Below are positions 32,323 through 43,469 of a DNA stretch of 64,000 bases, piece by piece. The translations under genes and the position numbers were made by a program. A model generated the notes under the pieces. That model saw only the letters and a list, made by a program, of their open reading frames with translations, was not told where the DNA came from and made no database searches. Numbering within the stretch: the stretch's first letter is position 1; each line of letters begins with the position of its first letter. This DNA is from Amoebidium appalachense (Eukaryota; Protista; Ichthyosporea): positions 406,851 to 470,850 of the forward strand of contig CAVNZM010000003.1 in assembly GCA_963693365.1 (NCBI GenBank), in the 5' to 3' direction.

Positions 32323-33739
32323 GCACACACGCACACACAAACGTACACACACACACATGAGGTCGCACCGCCACGGCATGCCACAAGTCGACCGATGTGC
32401 GCACCTGTGCACACACGATGTCGTACGAGTCATCATGAATTGATCATCACATGATGACAACGCTTGCAAGTACCGTAACGCCACGCACGTACAACGTTGG
32501 CTATAAAAAGTTGCACCATATTTGCATATGCATAACACGTGTTTAGTCACTCACTATCATAGGTATTTATCACATCGGATTTTACGATAGATAGCCTACG
32601 ATGGGCCACTTAAATATAAAGCTGTTGAACAGTTCCACTCCTCTAAAGCTAATACTAGCTGACATTTGCTTTGAGTCTAGCTAACTCACCAAAATTTAAA
32701 TATGATCAAGCCCAACGATTACAATATTATGTTTATTATTTCCCATTATATCCCTGTGGCTCCAAGCGTTGCCAATGCGCAGCACGTGAAGAATTGGAAT
32801 ATGCTGGCAGCTTGTGATTACAAACCGCCCCACGTGCATGGCTGGTCTTGTAGACCTCTCCCGGCCGGGCCCGGGGCATCTTTGTGCTGTTATAACGTGT
32901 TTCAAACGCAGTGTAATGGAACAATAATAATACATTATAGCAGCATGATTTTTTTTCAAGTTGAATTGCTCATGTAGAAGTGTAGTCTAAAATATATAAT
33001 CAAGTCCAAATAGGGTTTCAATTGATTGTTATTTATGCTGCAACGCGGTCAGACGGACCTGAGACGTTACCGTCCCATTTAAAAAACTGTGTCCAGGCTC
33101 AGACCAATCGGAACGCTTCAATGTTCTGATTGAACCGCTTGAACGTAAACAAAATTCCACAAGTTAAAAGATTTTATCGGAATCTTGACGTCATGTGATG
33201 GGGATGGGAATTGGGGATGTGGGGATGTGCCCTTCCTTACACCTTTGCTACCTATATTTTTTCATGTTACTCTACAAATACAAACGTGATTAAATTTCAT
33301 TATTGAAGAGAAAATGCTGGGTGTTTTAGCGACATTCCTTCTCGTATGATAAGTCCGACTGAGTGCCATCATCGGGCGACTCGCCGACGGGCGACGGGTG
33401 ATAATGTGCGCAATAACGCTTCTTAGCGATACGACAACTCGATAAGATCTACCAATCATTATCCCTGGAAATAGAATGCAGATTCTTGCAGAATTCCACG
33501 ACCGAGATTATCATGACACCTAGCCATAATTAGCCACCGATTCGTAGGAGTTTTGCATGCCACTTTCCTAATTCTGAACATTTTTTCCTGGCTTTAAGAA
33601 GTATCGTAAAACTTACAACACGTCTCTTTATCTCAAACGCCGAATAGTTCGCACATACTTGCATCATAACAGTCATATATCTCCCTTACTTGATCTTCTG
33701 CAAAGTAGTATCTTAAACGCGGACTACATTACAAGAAAG

Positions 33740-33746
33740 TATAAAT
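33740..33746 (+). promoter_or_regulatory. TATA-like box upstream of the beta-propeller gene
   Basis: TATAAAT ~110 bp before the ATG at 33851. Confidence 0.35.
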
Positions 33747-33850
33747 ATGGCGCAGTCACTCAACCAGACGTTGACGGTCCCGCATGGCAGTCGTGTCCAA
33801 CGCACACCTCGTAAAAACGAGTATCCATAATTTCGCGGGAACTTTGAAAA

Positions 33851-35251
33851 ATGTCCCGTTTACCACACACATTTCTTGTTCTGGCCGCCTTGGTGGCGGT
33901 GGTCACCCCTATGGCCACTTTACCAGAGTTGCGAGATCGGATTAAAAACCCGACCGCCGATGCTCGAAGTCAAGAAAACAACGCAGGCACGAATGGGGCT
34001 AAAGGCTACGAGGTGTGGCTGGTTGACCAGTCCAACACGATAGGAAAATCGTATGGTGGACGGGTCTATATTTACGCTGGGGCCGACTTGGAGAGCGCGG
34101 AGGGAGAAGCAAACGTGGAACCTATTCACACGATTGAGTTGGGTGGGGAGGTGTCGGACCTCTGCTTCGCGGAGACGGGTGCATACCCCGTGCGTCCGCA
34201 CATGTGTGCCTTCAACAATGCGCATACGCACAACGCACTTGCTTTTGTAGTGTCTGGGCACGTGGTTTTCTTCGATGCGTTGGAGAGGAAGCCCCTACGC
34301 TGCATCCGCAGTGAACTTGGAACCAATGGAAATCGGCAGGCACACGCTGTTAACCCCACCCCGGACGACAAGTACATGATTGTGGCTAACCAGAACGGAA
34401 AGAAACTGGAAAGAATCGCCACCGATTACACAACCAACACCTTTACGCATGAGAGGGATGCCACGCTCAACCTCATGACGTGCGACACACCATCAGGACA
34501 ACCATGTGAACTGCTAAATTCTCCTTACCTTCGCCCGGACAACGCACCAATCTGTTCGTGGCCTGCGACAACGGGGGAGGAGACAGTGTTCTATACAACA
34601 CTTAGGGGTGGTGGTATGTTTGTTATTGACCCTTACAGCACACCAATGAGAATTGTCGCCGATTACGACGCAACGGTTATCAGTGCAAATGGGTGCGGCC
34701 GCACACTTCCTCGCTATGGAACAACTTTCTTCACCGGAGGAAACGTTAAGGCACGTCCCTCCGTCACCTTTGCAGCATACATGTTCCCACCCACTACTTT
34801 TGAGACATACGCAGGCCCCAACAAGCCAGCCCCTCAAGAGCTCATCACCTGCACGGACGGATCTCGCGACGGACATGCCGTAGGATACTCACTCAACGAG
34901 AAGTACGCATGGGTGTACGACCGCACGTCAAACACGGCCGATGTCTTCAACGGGAAGACTGGGGAACACGTTAATGTGGTCAACCTCACCTCTTCTCTTT
35001 CGGAGGACCCTGCACCCGATATCGTCACCATGAACGCTGTCGGCACATATTCGTTTGTTGCTCTGCGTGGGCCCTATCCCCAATCGGGTGGGCATGCAGC
35101 TATCGGCAATACACCTGGGCTTGGTGTAATTAAACACACAAATGGGGGAGTGGGTGGTTTCCTCAAGGCCCGCATCCCCATTTCGAATGTGTACGGTGGG
35201 AAGGAGAATGCGGACCCGCATGGCATAAGGGCACTCTTTTATCCTAATTAA
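33851..35251 (+). CDS. Secreted YncE/YVTN-like beta-propeller protein, 466 aa, intronless, bacterial-type
   Basis: Signal peptide (FLVLAALVAVVTPMA); repeated blade motifs RPHM.AFN, QAHA..PTPDDKYMIVANQNGK, DGHA..YS..KYAWVYDR, PAPD, DPHGI; long ORF of normal complexity. Confidence 0.88.
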   Translation: MSRLPHTFLVLAALVAVVTPMATLPELRDRIKNPTADARSQENNAGTNGAKGYEVWLVDQSNTIGKSYGGRVYIYAGADLESAEGEANVEPIHTIELGGEVSDLCFAETGAYPVRPHMCAFNNAHTHNALAFVVSGHVVFFDALERKPLRCIRSELGTNGNRQAHAVNPTPDDKYMIVANQNGKKLERIATDYTTNTFTHERDATLNLMTCDTPSGQPCELLNSPYLRPDNAPICSWPATTGEETVFYTTLRGGGMFVIDPYSTPMRIVADYDATVISANGCGRTLPRYGTTFFTGGNVKARPSVTFAAYMFPPTTFETYAGPNKPAPQELITCTDGSRDGHAVGYSLNEKYAWVYDRTSNTADVFNGKTGEHVNVVNLTSSLSEDPAPDIVTMNAVGTYSFVALRGPYPQSGGHAAIGNTPGLGVIKHTNGGVGGFLKARIPISNVYGGKENADPHGIRALFYPN

Positions 35252-35997
35252 CTAAGCAAATTAAGACGCTGCCAGGGAAGTCTCAAATTCGTTACCCGTG
35301 CTTGCATGTGTGTACATTATGCCATTTGGAAGGTGGGGGGGGTTGACAGTGGAGGGAGGGAGACAGCTGGAGCCGGAGAGGGAGGGTTTAGAATTTGTCA
35401 AATGTTCTTGTACTGTAACATAATGACAAATACTAGCGAGCCAACAACTTTATTTTCTCCACTTTTTAACTGCACTGTGCTGCCGTATCCGTAGTCTGTA
35501 CATAACCGAATATCAATTAATAGTAAAGTTAAGCTGTACACCTCGTAGTGTTGAAACCCGCTTAACGGATTGTGCAGGGATCACGACTTAAACTGCATTA
35601 TGGACGATAACAAAAACTATCAAATATCCTTTTCAGTAACACTGAATATGGTTAAATGATAAAAAAGAAAAGATACAGTTGTGCCAATATACCGTACGAT
35701 ATTGCAGTCGAGTGCGGCAATCAAGCGGTGATCGAAGAGTTACGGGAGGTTTCTTTTTTTAGGGATCCGGTTCGGGTCAGAGGTCAGAGACCAGTCCTAA
35801 CCTAAGCTATACCTCTTAAATATTCTAATAGTGGCCACCTAGGCTGGTGGGGGAATGGGAGGAAGTAAAGTTATTTTGGGGGGGATAATATAGTCTTTTA
35901 CCAAAACGGCTTCCCTAAATTGAAATGAACGAATAGTTTTGCCTGTGACCCATCTCCACGACAAAAGAGACTTGCCATGTTTGTGTGTGTGTGTGTG

Positions 35998-36081
<84 letters not shown>

Positions 36082-36279
36082 TGCGTGTGTGTGTGTGTGT
36101 GTCACGGTGTGTGTGTGTGTGTGTGGGTGGGTGGGTGTGTGAGCTATATATACGTATACACATACTTCTGCACACGTGGAACACACGCACAAAAAGGTGC
36201 ACACACACACACTGCGGCGCGTGTCACACTTGCATCCAAGCCCACACAAACCTTTGTTGCACATCATGACGCGCATGCG

Positions 36280-36324
<45 letters not shown>

Positions 36325-36423
36325 CGTGTGTGTGTGTGTGTGTTGGTGTGAAGTGTATGTGTGTGTGTGTGTGTGTCACGGTGTGTGTGTGTGTGTGTCA
36401 CGGTGTGTGTGTGTGTGTGTCAC

Positions 36424-36497
<74 letters not shown>

Positions 36498-36503
36498 TGT
36501 CAC

Positions 36504-36554
<51 letters not shown>

Positions 36555-37632
36555 TGTGCCATGAAGAGAGAGATAGAGAGAGAGAGGGGGAGAGAGAGAG
36601 AGAGAGAATGAGAGAAAGCGAGAGAGAGTGTGTGTGTGTGCACTGTGGGTCTGTGAGTGTGTGTGTGTGTGCGAACGCAACTGTGTCTGTGTTGGTTTGT
36701 GTATGTATATGTGTATGTGTGTGCACGCTTGTGTGTGTGTTCGCATGGTGTGCATGCGTGCGTGCGTGCATGTGCGGGTGTGTAGTATTTGTGTGTGCAC
36801 GTGTCCGTGTGCGCGCGTGTGCTTGTGCGCATGTGTGAGTGCTGCCTTTCTCCGTACGCTTCAAATAAAGCGGAAGAGAGCCAATCTCACCCACAACCAC
36901 AACTTCTGGTCACTAAAAATCAAAAAAAAAAAAAAAAAAAAAAAAAAATCACCAAATCAAACAACTGCTTCAGGCCAAAAATCCAAGAATAAGAGGAAAC
37001 ATACACTCATTTTGTGCACATTCAACCAAGGCGCTACCGAACACGCGTACTAGTAGTCTGTGTTTCTTCTCGACCAGCACGAAAACGCACCATACATGTA
37101 GCGCTACCTACCCCATATACCCCCTATTTGGAACAAAGCTAGCAAAGATGTGTGTGTGTGTGTGTGTGCAAGGGGTGGGGTGTAAGACAGGTGTGTGTGT
37201 GTGTACACTGGACATATTCACGACGGACAACACAACGAAGATCGGGGAAAGCACGGACATAATCAAGTATGTTTTTGTGCCCCCCCGCCCCCCAAACCCA
37301 ACCCCAATCTCCCACCCCAACGCCTCCGTCTGCCGTCTGCATCCCACCCTAGGCAAGGGCCCCATCCGAAGGCTCTTTTTTCCCCTCTCTTTTCGTTTCT
37401 TCTTTTTTTCTTTCTTCTCTCTTTCTTTCTTTCTTTCTTTTTTTTTATGGGGGGGGGGGAGGGAGGGAGGGGGGTTGGCGCCGGAGGGAGAGAGGGGGGG
37501 AGTTGGGGGGGGGGGAGATTCGGTAAGATAGCGAGCCATATAGCCCACTGGCATATACTTCTAAGAAGAGAACCCACCCCAACTTGACGGTTACTTTGAA
37601 AGACGGTGGCCCACGGTTTTGGTCGTATCATG

Positions 37633-37669
<37 letters not shown>

Positions 37670-37868
37670 AGGTGATCACCCCCACCCCCACCACACGGCC
37701 CGTAAACCGAAAATATCGCAGTACACCAAGTTACACTAGTACTTAAATTTTTTAATTGATAACCGAAATATGAATGTCCCTCCTCGGGGCACCCCCCCCC
37801 CCCCCTCCCCCCCCCTTCCCCCCCCCCCCTCCCCCCCTTCCCCCCCACCCCCCCCCCCGCTCCCCGAG

Positions 37869-37933
<65 letters not shown>

Positions 37934-38697
37934 TATGATATACTTACTATATATATATATATAGTATATATATCACCCTCTCTATCTCTCACCCTCTCTC
38001 TCTGCCCCTCCCCCTCCTCCCCCCCTCCCCCTCCTCCCCTCTCTCTTTCTCTAGAAGTGGAGAGGGGGAGCCTCGGGGAAGGGGAAAGGGGCCTGGGGTA
38101 GGTGTAGGGAGGAAGAGAAGGGATGGGGGGAGGGGAGGGGGGGGGGAGGGGAAGTTAAAGAGGGAGACCGTGCCCTATGTAGGATCACGAATATATCGGA
38201 TAAGGCCCAAAACTACACACAATCGGTATGCCTTTGTTTTCTTTTTCTTTTTTTAAGTTTCAAGTGTTGTTGAGTTCTGTCGAGTCTTTGGTTAAAGGTC
38301 GTTGTTTTGGTTGTGGTTTGATATAGACCTCACACCTTTTCTTCGTGACCAGTAAAGAAAAAGGTAACTGGTAAAAATTACAACTAAATGTTCACAAATA
38401 ATATGAACCCATCCCCCCGTGCCCCCCCCCCCCCCCCCCCCCCCCCAATACACGCACACACACCCCTCCCTCGGGGGTAGGCCACTGCACGACACCCTGT
38501 TTTAGCAAACGCCAGAGCTTGGACTAACTTAAAGCATTGCATACGTGTGCATGCAGCATGTTGAACCTCGAGATTTTGAAGAGGAAATAAAAAAGAGCAA
38601 AAATACTTTCTAAAAGCCTTCGACAAATAATATCTTCAAAGTGTGTGTTTTTTTTGTTTTTTTTTTTCGGCGGCGGCGGCAGCGGCGGCAGGAAGCA

Positions 38698-38754
<57 letters not shown>

Positions 38755-39010
38755 AGGATTCAAGTCACAGTTATTGTTTCCACTATCAGTTCAAGCGGAA
38801 CGAAGCATGACTGCTTCTCCTATCCCCCCCCCCCCCCCCCCCTTTTTGTTTTTTGGGGGGGGGGGAGGGGGGGGGGGAGGGGGAGAGGGGGGAGGGGGGA
38901 GGGGGGGGAGGGGGGAGGGGGGAGGGGGGAGTTGCCGTTTATACGTAAATATCTTACCCCACACCGCCGCCTATTTGGGTGCCCAGGGATGATCAACACG
39001 CACACACATG

Positions 39011-39105
<95 letters not shown>

Positions 39106-39171
39106 CTCGCTTGCCGCGTGCGCACAAACACGCGCGTGCACGCACTGTACACACAGTGTCTCACGTCAAGA

Positions 39172-39273
<102 letters not shown>

Positions 39274-40345
39274 GTGACACATTTTTATTTTATTTTGTCA
39301 CGTTTTGTTCCCGGAGGACCTTTGCGGGCCCTCGAGGGAACTACCGTCTACCACACAGCACAGACAGTGCACCAGTTAGGCTGCTATCTATGTGCTCAGC
39401 TAAGCTAAACCATCCTTCACAACCTAACTATAAGTACACACTTTGCCCAGGATTACTACTCCAGCCACGCCGGCAGGAGGCACCAGTCCTCCCCCCTAAC
39501 GAGATAATCAGAAGTAATTACAACTCAGTGCCACAAATTTCACTATCAATGTAGTAAAAGACAACGTGGTCCTGGAGATAACGACAACATCACACGAAAA
39601 AAATCCAATAAGTGTAAAGCATGATGGTATGAAAGGGCTCGGGTGGATATGGGGGGGAAGAGGTGGGGGTGGGTGGGTTGTGGGGAGGGGGGGGGGGAGA
39701 GGTGAAGCTGGGGGGGGTACAGTAGGGGATGAGGAGGGGGGGGCAGGGGGGCGGTGAACCGTTATCAGGATTATCGATTTAATTGACTATAACAGCTACC
39801 CAAAGCAAACCAAAACACAAAGCACACATACAAGAAACAGCCGTTCGTAGCCGTTCGTAGACAGAAGGCAGCACACACCGAAGACACCCCCTCCCCCCCC
39901 CCTCCCCCTCCCCCCCCCTTCTCTGATAGTGCCGGTGAAATACAGTAACCGTACCCCTCCACATGTTCATCCAAAGAGGAATATGGGCACAACGCCATTA
40001 AGTGTAGGTGGGCATGTGTGTGTGTGTGTGTGACACTGTGTCACGCACAGCCATCGAATCCACACATCAGTAATATCACATGTCCAGTGCTGAAGGTGTG
40101 CAAATAAACAAAATAAAACGACGCCTTACAATGACCCACACCAACACATCCTACCCCCCCCCCCCCCCCCCCGGTTCTCCCCCCCTCCCCCACAAATCCA
40201 GGGCATATAGCAACAGCTAGCCATGAAAATCTAAATCTAAGCACAGGTATCGATATCGAACCATAAACCATATTCGTTTTTAATCCGTACACACACACAG
40301 ACCCAGCCATATGCATGGTCGTTGGTTTTGGTTTTGGGGTTTGGG

Positions 40346-40385
<40 letters not shown>

Positions 40386-40389
40386 CGTG

Positions 40390-40453
<64 letters not shown>

Positions 40454-40455
40454 CG

Positions 40456-40625
<170 letters not shown>

Positions 40626-40970
40626 CCGGGGGGGGGGGGGGGTTTGGCCTTAGCGACTAGTGGGGAAATCTGGCTGGAGGGAGCCCCCCCCCCCCCCTCC
40701 TCCTCCCTGGATACAGAGTCACTCACACACACACCACAGGCACACAGTGTGGACGCCACACCACATCGAGATGACGTCCACTATGTCACAAACCGATTAG
40801 TAATACCTGTGCAGTAGTGAACAAACAAAAACTGGGGAACATATAATGCCACAATCGTGCGTGGAGGGGAACTCGTGTGTGTTTCTGTGTGTATGCATGT
40901 TATGTGCACGCGTGTGTGTGTGTATGTGGTATGTGTGTGTGCACGTGCGTGCCACAGTGTGTATGTACAC

Positions 40971-41001
<31 letters not shown>

Positions 41002-41438
41002 GGGGGAGGCGGCCCGGTGTGCCGATCCCAGGGGGGGGGGAGGGGGGTGAGTGTGTGTGTGTCTGTGTGTGTGTAAGCACGTGTGTGCCAGAGTGCGTGT
41101 GTGTAGGTGCTCGTTGCGGGCGTGCGTGTATTCACGTGTGTGAATATGTGTGTGCATATGTCACGTCGGTGTGTGTGTGCTTTTGCGTGTGCACGTGTGT
41201 GTTCGTGCATGTGTTTGTGTCGGGAGTGCATGCCGTGGGATGGATCGAGAAAAGGGGGGGGGGGGGGGGGGGGGACGTGCGTGCTGAGGTGATGGGGAGA
41301 AGGAGTGAGTAAACAGGAGGGGCCGGGGAGCCTCGAGGGGGAGGGGGGGAGAGGGAGATAGAGAGAGAGGGAGGGATACTATGATATATATATGATATAT
41401 ATATATATATATATATGGCATATAATAGTATATATATA

Positions 41439-41482
<44 letters not shown>

Positions 41483-41577
41483 GGGGGGGGGGGAGAGCGG
41501 GAGAGAGAGAGAGACTAGAGAGAGAGAGAGAGAGAGAGAGCATCACTGAAATACCCTAAGAGAGAAGGGCCCAACAG

Positions 41578-41834
41578 CTGGGCTCAGCCACATCAGCAGA
41601 ATAAAAACATCGACGTTTCGAGCAGAAATAAAGCATTCTTCAGCAAAAAGCAAAAATTACATCGTCTATGTACGGAAAAATTCACCGGAAGTAGAATCAG
41701 GCAGCTCGGAGCAGATGATTTTTGCCTTTTGTAGAAGAATTATGTTTCTTCCAAAAAATGTCTACTTAAAAGCCTTATTCATGGTCATTGAGCTGGCAGC
41801 AGGTTGCAGATCGTTCTGCTGTGACTTAGCCCTG
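41578..41834. mobile_element. Degenerate MITE of the AGCAGAAT family
   Basis: Imperfect TIRs ctgggctcagccacatcagcagaa / ttctgctgtgacttagccctg; related to 60968-61436. Confidence 0.45.
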
Positions 41835-41981
41835 GATCGAGATGGGGGGAGGGGGGGGGGGGGGGGGAGGTGTGGGGGACAGAGGGAGAGGGTGGGGGGA
41901 GGGGGGAGGGGGGGGGCGAGAGATAGAGGGGTGGGGGGGAAGAGAAGAGAGAGAGAGGCTGGGAGAGAGAGGGAGAGAAAG

Positions 41982-42146
<165 letters not shown>

Positions 42147-42225
42147 CCTCGGAGATGGAGAGAGAGAGAGACTCTGAGAGAGAGAGAGAGGGAGGGAGGG
42201 AGGGAGGGAGGGGGGGGGGGGGGGG

Positions 42226-42269
<44 letters not shown>

Positions 42270-42640
42270 ATCATGATCATCATCATTAGGCGGAAAATCA
42301 TAACACATAGATAGCTCGCACAGGAAATCGTGAGTGTCATGCGTAGGATGCAGGAAGGTGACATACGCCATTTTTTATTAGCAATCGCTGCAAGGCCTCG
42401 TATCTATAATAGATAGATGATAGTGATGGTGCCTTAATAAGGTATAGTAGTCGTTGAATAGAAACTGCAGATGTTCAGACGGTTAAGCACACATATGCAC
42501 GCACACTAAAAAAAGGTAATAAAGGGGGAAAGGCTACACCGAGACCATTTTGGCATTTCTCATGTTTCAAAGAAATCCTGTGATCAAGATCATATGACCG
42601 TCCACCACGTGTACACATGTACTGACAATGATTGGGTTAT

Positions 42641-42900
42641 TGTGATGGTGAATTGGGGTTCTCGTCGACAGTCTATCTTTTGGCTGTGTTGAGAACTGGC
42701 CTCTCTGAGGCAAATGTTCCCTTTTTTATTGTCGGCACGGGGACTGGGCATGGTTGCCTTCATTGGCTACATTTTTAGATGTTGTCTCTCTTGGTTGGAT
42801 ACATATTGTGGATATCTTGTGGTTGGCTAACTACGTTCTATCGGTCCGGCTAATTGGTCGGCCCGGTTGTCCTGCCCGGGCCGCCCATCTCTGCATCACA
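42641..42900 (-). repeat. 3' LTR, 260 bp
   Basis: TG...CA with 7-bp inverted termini; internal AATAAA on the minus strand. Confidence 0.9.
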
Positions 42901-42978
42901 TGGTACGGGGTCAAGCAAGCACGTCCTCGTGCTTGACACGTGTGTGTGTGTGTGTGTGTGTGTGCGTGTGTGTGTGCG

Positions 42979-43067
<89 letters not shown>

Positions 43068-43469
43068 TCGCGGTTTTTAAAAATTTTATAAAAAAAATAG
43101 CCGAAATTTCTATCAAAGGAAAGTACTAACCAGGATAATTCTATAAAAAATTAAAAAATGGTGTGGAGTTGATGCCCAGTTGTTGGTAGTCCCTTATCTC
43201 GGTTACTTGTGTATAGTGATGGGCACGCTGGCACGTGCGTAGCGGTTGCTTACTCAGTAAAACCTCCAAAAGTCCTTTCAGCGATCCGACGAAGTGCCGT
43301 CTAGCTCTTTGTGGCTAGCGTGGGAGGGCAGCACATATTCGGAGCCAGAGTAACCGGGTTGCCGTGTGTGTTTTCATTGTAACGTAACGGTGATGGTAGT
43401 ATATAAAAAAAATGCGTATATTAAAACCCTAAGGCTTATACATAATCAGGTGGCCGCCGGGCTTCTGAG

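Noticed and set aside
41607-41645. Penelope-type minimal hammerhead (CTGAAGA..GCTCGAAACGTC, minus strand)
   Set aside because: Stem I does not pair, stem II is imperfect, and the site lies within the AGCAGAAT MITE family; probably chance.
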